A stretch of 64,000 nucleotides of DNA, taken from the human T2T-CHM13v2.0 reference genome, Homo sapiens. Below the pieces are notes generated by a model. That model had not been told where the DNA came from, ran no database searches, and saw only the letters and a program-made list of their open reading frames with translations. Of the stretch, positions 1-14,537 are shown piece after piece. The stretch is taken from assembly GCF_009914755.1 (NCBI RefSeq), contig NC_060940.1. The stretch is one strand, 5' to 3'. Position 1 is the stretch's first letter. Every line of letters begins with the position of its first letter. A program made the translations under genes and the position numbers.

Positions 1-69
1 GTAGGGGTTTATGGACATGCACATTTGTGTCTGTTCCTAAGCTGGAAGGAAATGGCACCAAGCCCAGCT

Positions 70-115
70 CCCTCCAGTGACCCCCTCCAGTGACCCCCTC
101 CAGTGACCCCTCCAG
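70..115 (+). repeat. 13-bp tandem repeat (CCCCCTCCAGTGA) x ~3.5 in intron 2
   Basis: ccctccagtga ccccctccagtga ccccctccagtga cccctccagg. Confidence 0.9.
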
Positions 116-705
116 GCAAAGCTGCTTCTCCCCTGCCGCTGAGTGACTCCTTTTCCACCGTGACCGCTCAGCTCCTCCAGGGCTCATCTCACCAGTCTAT
201 GGGGTCTGCTCAGCCATAGCAAGGCACTGGCCTCTTGATGCCAAAAGAGGCTTATCCTAAGACTGCAGGCATCTCTGACTCCTCCCAAACACGGAGGATG
301 GCTTCAGCGCTGTCTCCTGCTGGACTCAGCAGTCTCCTGTGCCCTGCACTGGCCAATGTCGCTTCCACATGGCTGCAGGTGCCAGGGGCAGCTCTACCTT
401 GTGCCCTGGTCAAAATGGGCATGTCTGGGCCTGCCAAGCCTGTCACAGCCCCTTCTCAGCTTCAGGGGTCCTGGCGGGAGAATTCTTCTTCTCCAGGGGT
501 GTCTGGGATCTGGTTCCATGCTCAGAACTTGTCTGCTATTTTTCTGAACTTTCCACCAGTGAGGCACCCCCACACCCCTGCCGGAGTTTGCTGTCCCAGG
601 TCATGCCTCTGGGCTGTGGACACCTGCTTCTCCTTCCCCTTCTCCCCTGGGCACACGTCATGCCCACTCCCAGCTTTGGCTCCACACACCCTCTTCCTCT
701 CCTCA

Positions 706-870
<165 letters not shown>

Positions 871-1040
871 TTATACACAGTGGGTGAGGGAAGAGGGCAG
901 AGCCCCGAGCTGCCCCGAGAAGAGGCAGCCAGGAGTGGTGAGAGCCCCGTGGGTGGGGCAGGGTGGTGGAGATCAAGGACGCTGGGTACTTTGGAAAACA
1001 GAGAGACCCTGATGTGAGCATTGTTATTCTCTGTATTTTA

Positions 1041-1406
<366 letters not shown>

Positions 1407-1930
1407 TTTCTGCATAAATAAAAGAGGCAGAAAGATCTGGGAGAGGAAGTGAGCCAGTGGAGAGACTGCAGGGAAAGAAGCTTGCTTAGTGGGAGCCCTC
1501 CGGGAAAGGGGTCCCTGCCGGTTCTCCTTCAGGTCCCTGGCAGGTGCCAGGCAAAGGGAGTCCCAGGGTAGCGCCCAGGGCACCTGGTGGGGCTCACAGG
1601 GCCACACTGATGAGTCACAGGCTGTGGCTTCTAGGGCCACATACCCACAAGAAAGAAAGGCAGCAGGGAGCGAGGGAGGCTGTCCCTGCAGCAACACCCG
1701 AGTGCCAGTCAGCAGCCACACGTGGGGTGGGATTGGCAGAGCAGTGCCCAAGTGGGCTCAAGGTTAAATCGAACTCACAAAGAGGTAAAGTCAGAGGGAA
1801 ACGGGATGTGCTGGGAAAAGCACACAGCCCCAGCCAGCTCTGACGTCACGCAGGGTGAGGCCAGAGACAGCAGGCTGGCACGTAAGTGAAACCCATGCTG
1901 CCCCGAAGGAGGGGCAGAGAGAGCGCTTGC

Positions 1931-2002
1931 CTTCTCTGTGTCCTTGTGACTGAAGGAAGCCATGGTGCTGGTGGCCATGGCAGGGAGCTGGAAGCTGGGC
2001 AT
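1931..2002 (-). CDS. FA2H: Candidate alternative first coding exon of FA2H (24 aa, GC-type donor)
   Basis: ATG at 2002 opens 24 codons (MPSFQLPAMATSTMASFSHKDTEK) ending AAG|GCAAGC, a good GC-AG donor in phase 0 compatible with exon 2. Sits in a CRE/AP-1/E-box motif cluster. No transcript evidence available here. Confidence 0.45.
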
Positions 2003-2504
2003 TGGCCGGCGGCCAAGAGGCTACTGTCATGACTTGTACATTTTTGTTTCCAAACGGACCCAAGAGAACCTGATGGTGACAGTGACTATTTTGGCATTTT
2101 ATGGGAAAACCCACACGTAACCCAAGTAAAAGTCGGCTTTTGTGGTCCTTTCTTAGTCTGTGTGTCTCAGCATATTTAGTCTGTATCATCAAGCTAATAT
2201 CTGAATTTTTTTGTTTATTATTTTGAGACAGACTCTTGCTCTGTCACCCAGGCTGGGGTGCAACAGCCCATGCCACCTCTGTCTTCTGGGCCTAGGCCAT
2301 CCTCCCACCTCAGCCTCCCAAGTAGCTGGGACTACAGGTGCACATGACCACACCCAGCTAATTTTTGTATTTTCAGTAGAGATGGGGTTTGGCCATGTTG
2401 CCCAGACTGGTCTTGAACTCCTGACCTCAGGTGATCTGCCCACCTCAGCCTCCCAAAGTGCTCGGATTACAGGTGTGAGCCACCGTGCTGGGCCAACACC
2501 TGAT

Positions 2505-2506
<2 letters not shown>

Positions 2507-2558
<52 letters not shown>

Positions 2559-2604
2559 GTGTGTGTATGTGTGTATGTGTGTGTGTGTATGTGTGTGTGT
2601 GTGT
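2507..2604 (+). repeat. Compound (TA)n(TG)n microsatellite
   Basis: Seen directly. Confidence 0.95.
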
Positions 2605-3736
2605 ATCATGCTGTCTTGAGTACAAAGAAGAGTAGATTTTATAGCACATCATACATGGAAATGCCTTAAATATCCAATATAAATGTCCTCCCTCTTCCCG
2701 TGACAGCAGCTCAATAATCCTGTTCCAATTCTGTTTAACCTCAAAATACTCCAGTGGTGTGATAGGTTCCAACAGGCAGGGACCTTGTGGATTTCTGTTT
2801 CCTGTTTCCAGACCCACGCCTAGCACGGGTCTTGCAAATACCAGATGCTCCACCCACATTTCCCCAGTGGGTCGTGTTTCAATGCTGGGTCTCTGCAAGC
2901 AGCCAACGTCTTCCAAGACTCCTGCCATGTGGTGGGCCTGGCTGTGGGGGCGAAGCCCTGAAGCTCTGCAGGACTCACACTCCTTGGGGATATGAAACAA
3001 ATGGAGTGGGTGCATCTGCCCACCCTGCCACGTGGTGGGGAAATACGGCTGTCTGCCTGAGGGGGTGGGCCAGGACACAAAACATGCATCTTGCACTCTG
3101 GGCTGGATAGGACAGTGCCCAGATAAAAGGATCAAAACTCCAACAACCTAGATCATAGATTCTCAGTGCCCTTCGGCCGAGTACATAGGACAGGCACGAG
3201 CAGAATGAAAAGTATATAAGACTGGTATGAGATTGCCAGCGTTTTATTTTGCCAAATAAAAATATTTCAAAGGCAGGCACGGTAGCCGATGCCTGCAATC
3301 CCAGCACTTTGGGAGGCTGAGGTGGGAGGATTGCTTAAGGCCAGGAGTTCGAGACCAGCCTGGGCAACAAAGCAAGACCCTGTCTCTATCAAAGAAAAAA
3401 TAAAAAAGCCAGGTGTGGTGGTAGTGTGCGCTTGCAGTCCTAGCTACTCAGGAGGCTGAGGGAGGAGGATCATTTGAGCCCAGGAGGTTGAGGCTATGAG
3501 TGAGCTATGATTGTGCCACAGCACTCCAGCCTGGGCCACAGAGTAAGACCTTGTCTCAAAAAAAAATTTTTTTTTTAATTTACTATCAGCAACATTTCAT
3601 AAACAAGAGGAAATTTCAATACCAAATATATAGGAAGTATGTGTTTTCAGGATAAAAGGCAGTTCTTTCCAAGGAAGGCAGTTGGCAACTTTATACTGAC
3701 ATTTACCAAAAAAGGTTCTATTTTATTATTTTTTAA

Positions 3737-3931
<195 letters not shown>

Positions 3932-4908
3932 TAACTACACATAATTGTTCTTTTGGCTCAAGCTGGTTGATGTGGGGCTCGATGATCTATCTGTAACAGG
4001 AAGTAAATCAAATGTTCACCATGTCCTGGTTCTAAGGTTCTACTTCAAAAATTACAAAAATCCTGTTTCTTAGAGAGATGCTGGCTAAATAGAAACAGCA
4101 CATTGAAAGCTTCATTCAACTGGAAGTATCCTGAGTGACATGAAGAAACCGGAGGAGTCCCTGCTCTGTGGATTTCTGTCCTGCTCCTGGGAGACAGGGG
4201 GAAGGGCAGTGGGTCATGCCTCGAGCGGCTCCATCCCCCGCACAGAGGGGCCAGGGATTCTCTCTCCAGAATTCCTCTGAATCATGGACCAGCACCAGTC
4301 AAGGGCTGGAAGAGGGGGCACCCTCTCTATGGAGGCTGAGGAAAAGAGGGACAAAGGGGAAGGGGGTCGGCATGGCCTCTTTCTATCCTCCTTCCTGCTT
4401 CTGCTCTCGGGTCCTAGGGCCACCCCAGGGAGCAATGTCAGGACTGATATGCTTCTGGCAAATAAGCCCCAGACTGACTAAGCAAGGTGCTTTCCTGGGT
4501 GGCTTCATTGGGACCACACCCCTCCTTGGCAGAAGCCCAGGTTCTTATCACAAGATGGGACACACCTCCAACATGGGAGGAGACTCCAAGGAAAACCAGA
4601 GCCAGCGTCACGCGTTGTCAGTAGCAGGAATACTCCTAGGTACAGGGACACGTCCTCCGGTGCATTGTTCATTAATCGATTTTCTCAAGTCTAGTTGTGA
4701 GATTCTAGGTCTAAAAACCCTCCCTACACACAGCTAAGACAAAGACCCTTCTGAAGAAGGTCTCCCATTCCCACCTGGGGCACGCCAGGACTCCAGGAAC
4801 TGGGTCCTGCCAGGAGCAGCTGTGCCACACGCATGCCACACACGTTGATCTGGGCCACGTTTTCCAGACTCCCGCCCCGGTGTTTATTTTATAGTTGAGC
4901 CAGCTCAC

Positions 4909-4938
4909 CCTTGAATTCCACAGGCGAACACCATCCAT
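4909..4938 (-). CDS. FA2H: Candidate alternative first coding exon of FA2H (10 aa)
   Basis: ATG at 4938 opens MDGVRLWNSR, followed by AGG|GTGAGC, a strong phase-0 donor. TTTAAA TATA-like element ~55 nt upstream. No transcript evidence available here. Confidence 0.4.
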
Positions 4939-5040
4939 GAATCAGGAGTGTGTAGAGGTCATTCCTGGGAACTAGGGTACAACCCCAGCTTTAAAAGGCT
5001 TTTAGAAAGTTTCTTGGAAACTTTCACATTCATTATTTAA

Positions 5041-5340
<300 letters not shown>

Positions 5341-7729
5341 TAATTTTTTTGTAGAGATGGGGTCTTGATCTATTGCTCAGGCTGCTCTTGAACTCCCACG
5401 TTCAAGTGATCCTCCCACCTCAGCCTCCCAAATAGCTGGGACTATAGGTGTGCACCACCATGTCCACCAAATTTTTTATTTTTTATAGAGACGGGGTCTT
5501 GCTATGTTGCCCAGGCTGGTCTCAAACTCCTAAGCTCAAGCAATCTGCTCACCTTAGTCTCCGAGAGTTCTGGGATTACAGGTGTGAACCACCACGCCTG
5601 GCTGGTGATGCCTTTGAACTGGGTAGGTTTCAGTATTTGGTAAGGGAAGTGAACAATTTTGTAGTTAGACCCACACTGGCTTTCACAGGAGTGATCAGCA
5701 CAAGTGTTGATGAGTGTGGCTTGACAGGGGGTGTCCAACCCATCTGTGTCAGGTGATTGCTTTCTTGTACCCTGAGGCGAACGAGACTGTCCCAGGGCAA
5801 CAGTCTGGTGCTGAGGACAGAAGCCCTCATCCCAGTCCCTCCAGGCCTCTCTGCCTTGGGAAGGTAGGCAGAAGAGACAGCTTGACACTCTTGTGTTCAG
5901 CTCCAGGGCTGTTGAGTGGCAAGGGGGCACCTGGCTCTCCTGATACCGCATTTACCTGTTGATTGTATTCCAAGCTAGCCCATAAGCACCGTGCACTAGA
6001 GACCCCACTCAATCTTGCTAACTGCTCACTCCCTAGTCCCCAGCACAGGCTTGGCCCTGCCAATACTTGCTGAGTGATCCATTAGCGAGCAGGTGGGTGG
6101 CCTGGGTCGACTCTGAGAGCCCTCCCCAACCCCCTGCCCCAGGCCTGGAGAGGCCACCGATGCGTGGGGAGGGCAGGCAGGAAAAGAGCCTTCCATAGCC
6201 CACGTCTACTTGGAGAGAAAAGGATGGGCACAAGCAATGGCCAAGGTGCTCTGCCAAGGAGACGGGGTCAGCAGGCACTGCTCATTCCCAGCCAAGAGCC
6301 ACTGGACGTGCCGGGCAATGGAGGGTAGGGAGGGCACTTCAACCTCCTTAGAGCCTTCCAGCCACAGTCCAAGGCCACACAGGAGAGAAGCCTTTGAGAC
6401 AGAAGTACCAACCCTCACTGCTCCCAGCACAACGCCAATTCCTGGCTCATCACCAGGCGTTATTTCCTCTCTGGTCAGTCCAAGCCACAAGGATGGTATC
6501 GAGTCACTGTCAATGGATTTTTTTTTTTTTTTTTTTTTTTGAGACAGAGTCTTGCTCTGTAGCCCTGGCTAGAATGCAGTGGCACCATCTTGTCTCACTG
6601 CAGCCTCTGTGTCCTGAGTTCAAGCAATTCTCCTGCCTCAGCCTCCTGAGTAGTTGGGACTACAGGCATGCACCAACATGCCTGGCTAATTTTTTGTATT
6701 TTTAGCAGAGACGGGGTTTCACCGTGTTGCCCAGGCTGGTTTTGAACTCGTGAACTCAGGCAATCTGCCCGCCTCGGCCTCCTTGGGATTACAGGCATGA
6801 GCCACAGTGCCTGGCCTGTCACTGCATCTTCGTATCAAGGAGGCTGCAGGGAATGAAGCAGACTACAGTGAAATAGAGGGGCCACACCCTGTTACAAGAG
6901 GGCAGCTCTGACTTAGGTCCAAGTCATAGGAGGATGGGGACCAAGGGTTGTCAGACCTTCAGATTTCTTTTCTTTTCTCTTTTTCTTTTCTTTTGACACA
7001 GGGTCTCACTTCGTTGCCCAGGCTGGAGTGGAGTGGTGTGATCATGGCTTGCTGCAGCCTTGAACTCCTGGGCTCAATTATTATTATTATTATTATTTTT
7101 TTTTTGGTAGAAAAGGGGGTCTCGCTATGTGGCCCAGGTTAGTCTCAACCTCCTAGCCTCGAAATCCTGGCCTCAGGTGATCCTCCTACCTTGGCTTCCT
7201 AAGGTGCTAGGATTACAGGCATAAGCCACTGCGCCTGGCCCTGATTTCTATGAAAAGCTGGAAAAATATATTTTTATGTAAAATCTCCAGATTTTAAAAT
7301 TTGACTTGCATTTAAAACAAATGATGTGGGCCGAACCAACACATATGAATATAAATGTGGCCCTTGGTTTGCCAGTTTGAAACTCCCAGGCAAGCTGCAG
7401 GCCTCCTGCTCCCTGGGATGCCCTGTCCACTGAGAAGGATGAGCAGAGACAGACGAGAGCAGGGGTTTTCTTCTCTCTGTCAATTCCCAGAACAGGGAAT
7501 TCCAATGGGGAGCCTGGGCTATATAGCTTCATGGGGCAGGCATTCAGGGCCAGTTGTACCAAGGCCCAGGTGGGGTCAGGGCAGGTAGGCACCAGAGGGA
7601 CCAGAGTCCCAGCAAGGTCTGATGAAGGGCAACCTCAGGTGGGGACTGGTTTCTAGAGGAAGCAGCGGGTCAGGGAGTAGAAGTGGGGGTTGGACCTGGT
7701 TTTTCCCGGTTCTCCTCCCCTTATGTCTA

Positions 7730-8111
<382 letters not shown>

Positions 8112-8166
8112 TCAGGCCATGCACCAAGGGCGTTACCTCCAGGGTCTCGCTTCCCAGTGTAGAGGT

Positions 8167-8581
8167 TGTGGGTTGAGCTATGCCAGTCCTCACAAAGAAC
8201 TCTATGCTGAAGTTCTAACCCCCAGTGTCTCAGAATGTGACCTTCTTTGGAAACAGGGTCATTGCAGATGTAGTTAAGATGAGATCATTACGGTGGGCCT
8301 TATAAAAGGGGTGATTTGGACACAGACACACGCGTGTGAAGATGGAAGGAGAGATGGGAGCAATGCCTCTCCAAGCCAAGGATGGTCAAGAGCAGCTGGC
8401 AGCCCCCAGCAGCTCAGGGGAGGGCTGGAAGGACTGCCCCTCAATGTCCTCAGAAGGAACCAACCCTGCCAACACCTTGCTCTCAGACTTCTGGCCTCCA
8501 GAGCTGCGAGACAATACATTTCTGTTGTTCAACCACCCACTTTGTGACAGTTTGTTACAGCAGCCTAGAAAACCTGTAACA
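8167..8581 (+). mobile_element. MLT1-type MaLR LTR
   Basis: cagaatgtgaccttctttggaaacagggtcattgcagatg...gaaggaaccaaccctgccaacacctt...gacttctggcctccagagctgcgagacaatacatttctgttg. Confidence 0.8.
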
Positions 8582-11472
8582 AGGCCTGAATCAGCTAATC
8601 AGTTTCATTTGGGATCAAGACCGCCACCAAAGGAGAGGGAATCCAACCAGAAGAGGGGACAACCGAGGGAGGCATCCGAGGAGCCGTGGAGCCAGGAGTC
8701 TGCCCCTCATCCTATGCTGAGGACGCGGCAGAAACCAGGCTCTTTCAGTCAGCACAGCCTTGCCACCCAGCCCGCAGGGGCAGGCCACACAGATGGCCCC
8801 GGGGGGACAGGCATTCAAATAGGACAGGCATTCAAATAGGTCCGTTCCTAGCCCACTGCTGCCCATCTGCAGCCAGGGGCGGCCTTGTTCCCCTTCTTTA
8901 GGGCCTGAGAGGTCACTTCGCAGTTTTCCCTACATGGAAACGCTGCGCGTGGAGCAGTGAAGCAAACGCCGCCCTCTTTAGTGCAAACCTTGTTCTATTC
9001 TGCACTTCCCCCACCCCCCACGTGGCAGCTGGAACAGCCCTGCCATCTCCACCACAAGCACCTTCACCGAGGCGCACATGTGGCGGCGTCTCACTGGGGC
9101 GGACACAACTCTCCCTGAGAGACTGGCAGGAGGCATTCCACACACGGGGGAAACTGAGGCACAGGCGGCCCGAATGACTTATTCAAGATCTCTCAAGTGA
9201 TTGCTGGACGGGCGGGGGGAGCACACAGCAGCCCACTCCGAGGGCTGTTCCCGGGAAGGTTCCTCACAGTAGCCTCCTTTCTCCCCTCGTGGAGGACTCT
9301 CTGGGAGGTCCCCAAGCCCCCAGCTTCCTCCAGGGTCCCAGACCCTGTCCTCCCTAGAGAGGGTTTGCTTGGACGGCGCACGGGGGAGAGAACAGAGAAG
9401 AACAACAGAAAGTCTGCGCTCTGCACCACAAACAAACAAGTCCACCATAGAGGCCGCGTGAAAGGAGGCAGTGTGCGGCGGGCGGGGGCTGGGGGCGGGG
9501 GCGCCGGCATAAAGGCATGTTGTTCGGGAAAGCTGGGGCTGGGCACCGCGGGACGGACAGATGGCCTTTTATCCCATAGCCTGGATTTTGCCTGAAAACC
9601 CTTTTTCTGAAAGGGAATGGTTGCCTCGGGCCTTGGGTCCAGCTGCCCCCACCCCATGGAGGCCCAGGGGGAAGGTGGGGGGTCCAGGTGTCGCAGCGCC
9701 CCTGGGTGGCACATGGCCCCTGGCAGCTAGGAAGGGGCAGGCCCCAGAGGGAGATGATGGTGCCAAGGCTGTTCCAAGCCGTTATCTGTATCTGCAGCAA
9801 GAGCCTTTCTTGGGGAGGAGCCTTTTGCATTAACAAGCCCACCTCTGCGGCCCCCAGGGAGCAGTCCCCTTCGAGCTGGTTGTTTTTGGTAAAAGCTTTC
9901 GGCTGAAATGAAGGCAGCGGATCCGCTTGCTTCCATCTTTAATAAGCTGCCCTCTGCCTTTCTAGATCCAATCCAGGAGTCAGGACCGGCCAGGAGCTGA
10001 GCTCTGGATGCCTGTGGTGGCCTAAGAAACCATATCTGGCAAGTGAGAAGCCTCAGAACCCCCGAAGCCCACCCACCCCTCGCCGTCCCCGCAGTCATTG
10101 CAAGGCGATGGGCCCTGCAGGCCACCGTCCTGGTATTCACGGGAGCAAGAGGAAAGGAGGAAAGAAAACCAGCAGGAAACCTGTGCCTGAGCTGTGACCA
10201 ACTCTCCAGCTCGGGTGTGTGGAGAACAAAAAGACAGTCTTGGGCCCTGGGGCGTTGACTCTATTCACCACGGACCCAGCATTGCTTCTGCTCGTGAAGT
10301 GAACTCCCTCTGATGCCATTGCCAGCAACCTCGACACCGGAAGCCTAAGCCAGCACAGGTGGGCAGGCAACCCAGGACGTAGGAAAAGGGGCCAGTGGTT
10401 TGAAAAAATGAAATTACCACTCGCTAGGATACCCCCTGTGGGTTTTCAAGCCACTAACTCCATTCTTTACCAAATGTTGCCACTGACTGTTGGCAGCCAC
10501 CGGGATCCTTAGCCCTCCAGCCTCTAACCTCGGATTAGGGCAAAGTTTCCAAGAATGCACTGAGTCAGGGAGACACGTGGGTTTTTCCAGTGAATGCTGG
10601 ACTTGGGGATCTGGAGAGGCCCCCAGGGAAAGTCTCCGTGCTGGGAGCACAGCTGGAAGGGACGCGGCCAGAGCTTGTCAGGGTAAACAAGAGGGGCTTT
10701 TGGAGGCTTCCCTTCTGGGTCTTTCCTTACAAAATCCTGCCTCTTGCTGCACGGGTAAAATGGGAGGATCTGAGTTTCAACTCCAATGAGCAGCATCAAC
10801 AGCTCACAGGACATGAGTTCCTTAAAACATGTCCTTTTGCAGACTTGCTGAGACCACTTCTGGACCGTAGTCTCTCAAGACTGAGACCTCAAGCCACCTC
10901 AAGTAGGTTTACAGGATGTGCATTCCACAAGGAAAATACACGTACGACACCTAAAATATATTATCTCCTCACTGACCCAACTAGTATAATAAAACAAATT
11001 TCAGATCTATTGCACAACACTCCAATCTAAGAATTATCCTGTATTTTGCTATTTTTAAAAGGAGAATCAAGACTATTGATTTACAAACAACCTCATATGC
11101 CATTATTCCAGAAACAATATTTTGAAATGCGTCTTTTATTATCTAATAATTTAAGAAAGAAAAATATTGTTCTTGCCACTGTTTACAAAATGGCAAATGA
11201 TTATACTACGAAAAACAATAATAGTCACTGAACTGTTTTATTTAAAAAACCCAAACAACAAGAGCAGCAACAACAACAACACCCTCCCTCATACCTCCTA
11301 CTTCTTTTTGCTGATTCAAGCAATTCCCTCTCCCCATGCCTGGCCATGCAATCTCCTCCCTGTGCAGTTAAGGATGTTTATGCTTAGAAAGATTGGCTGA
11401 CTTGTCTCAGGTGGCATGGTGTGTTCTAGAAGACAAGTCCATTGGATTCAGGCCTATGTCCTCTTTTTTTTC

Positions 11473-11474
<2 letters not shown>

Positions 11475-11521
<47 letters not shown>
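11475..11521 (+). repeat. (TG)n microsatellite (~23 units) at an Alu tail
   Basis: Seen directly. Confidence 0.95.
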
Positions 11522-11523
<2 letters not shown>

Positions 11524-11679
11524 AAGAGACAGGGTCTCGCTCTGTCAGCAGGCTGGAGTGCAGTGGTGCAATCATGGCTCACTGCAACCTCAGCCTCGAG
11601 TTCCTGGGCTCAAGCAATCCTTCTACCTCAGCCTCCTGAGTAGTTAGGACTATAGGCACATGCCACAATGGCCGGCTAA

Positions 11680-11985
<306 letters not shown>

Positions 11986-11992
11986 TGACTAA

Positions 11993-12163
<171 letters not shown>

Positions 12164-12569
12164 TGAGTCCTAGAATTCATGACAACTGGTGACGCCTGGT
12201 GGGTATAGCCTCCATTCTATGTGTTACACTCGTCACCATAATGATGCTTCAGCCCCAGGAAGTGACTTCCTTAAATGACCACAGGGTAAATTGTCTTTCT
12301 GGGAGGTCAGTGCCTGCCTGACATGGCCACAGGTAAGGGACAGCACTGAATACACATTCTGGTGTGATCAAGCAGAGAGGGCAAGAAAGAGCCATTTGCA
12401 AATGACACACGGACAGCAGCTTCGTAGACAGCACCATCAGATTGGGTGCCATTATCCCAGAGAGAAATGCCTATGGTGCTGGGCTGGGACACAGCTCTAG
12501 ACCAGTGCCACCCGGCAGGATTTTGTCCAGTGATGGAAATGTTCTATATGTGTGCTGTCTAATATGGCT

Positions 12570-13445
12570 GGTGGTTCCCACCTTGGACAGCTCAGCTCTG
12601 GACTCACATATTCAATCAGTATTCAAAATCTCTACTGATGTTTCCCTGGCATCTCAAACCTGACCCCGGTGAGCTTTGATAGTCCTATCCCAAACATGGA
12701 CACCCACCCCAGTATTAATCATTTCCATAAATCAAATCGCCCAGTTGCTCAAGCCAAAACCTTGGTGTCATCCTCAACTTCTTCCTTTCCCTCGCTGCTG
12801 ACATCCAATGCATCAGCAAGTTCTAATGGTTCCATGTCCACGACAATTTCAAATTCTCTCCATCCTCACAGTCACCAATCCAGGCCACCCCCATCTGCCA
12901 CCTGGACAATAGCAATGGCCTCTTAACTCTCTTGCTGCTTCCACTCTTGACTCCCCCCAAGCCCAATCTGCCCTCCACATGGCAGCCAGAGCTAACTGAT
13001 CAAATGTAGAGAAAATCTGTCAGTCTTCTGCTTAAAATCCTCCAGTGGCCGCCCTTGGTTCTCAGCATAAAATCTAAATCCCTGGCCATGACCCATGAGC
13101 CCCACCAAGTAGGGCTCTTGCCCACCTCCTTCCACTTCAGCCCCCACCAGACTCCATCCCTCCCCATGCTCCAGCAATGCCAGAGTCTCCTCTCGGTCCT
13201 GTCATGCCTCAGGGCCTTTGCACCTGCTGTTCCCTCTGCCTGGAATGTTTCTGACCCAGGGTATTGGTCCATACAGAATGTTTCTATTCTATTGCATCAC
13301 TTGCTGCCACCTGTAATTATCATGTCTGTCTCACTCCTCTGAGGTAATCCCCATGAGTGTCTCAGCCAGGTGTCTTTTTGTCCCCAGCACCAAGCAGGGT
13401 GCCTGGCACAGAGGAAATATTAGCATATTTGCGGCTGAATGGAGG
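12570..13445 (+). mobile_element. L2 fragment (other L2 remnants at ~26580-27250, 32400-33290, 48330-48830)
   Basis: ccagttgctcaagccaaaaccttggtgtcatcc...ctcagggcctttgcacctgctgttccctctgcctggaatg...gtgcctggcacagagg...tgaatgga. Confidence 0.7.
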
Positions 13446-14193
13446 AAGGGATGGTGGGGAGCAGGAGGCAGCCCCGTGAGCCCCCAAGACAAACTGGGGC
13501 CTTGGCCAGCCTCACCTTTGGGGACTGTCCTTCCCTGACCAGGGTAAGTGTCCTGGGTATAGTGCTGCACCTGTCCAGGTGAAGATGGAGTGAAGGCGGG
13601 AGGCCATCGCAGATCTCCCTGGCCAGGCCTGGAGGGATGACTCAGAGAGACCAGAATGTCACATTCTCCGGCTCCTCCAGGGGTGCACAGTCCTGCCCAG
13701 GAGGGTCCAAGCACACAGCAGCTCAGGTTCTGAAAACACCCGTCCCTCACCACCTAGCAGAGACCCACCCCTGGTTAGCAGAAGCTGGAGCTGAAGGGAC
13801 TCCTTGCCCTCCTGTGTGGGTGTGATCCCTGCGTCCTGTTCCACAGCTCTCATATTATCTCACTGTAGCCACACAGAATCCTGCAGGGGAGGCAGGGCGT
13901 GAGGAACACACTGCTCAGAGAGGTTGATTAACTTGCCCAAAGTCACACCGCCAGTTAGATACAGAGCCAGAACTAGAGCACAGTCTTAGGCTCCAGATCC
14001 TAGACTCCCTCCTCTGTCTCAGAGGGCAAGAGCATGGGCTGCCCGGTCAGTGTCCACAGCTCAACTGCTCCGCACCAAACGCTACGCACCACGACAAGAG
14101 CTTGAGGATGTGGCTTCTTTAATAACCCCACGAACAGCAGGGCGAGGTGGCTCATGCCTCCCAGCACTTTGGGAGTCCGAGGCGGACGGATCA

Positions 14194-14537
<344 letters not shown>

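Noticed and set aside
70-115. Short direct repeats resembling a CRISPR array
   Set aside because: Spacer-less tandem minisatellite in human DNA.
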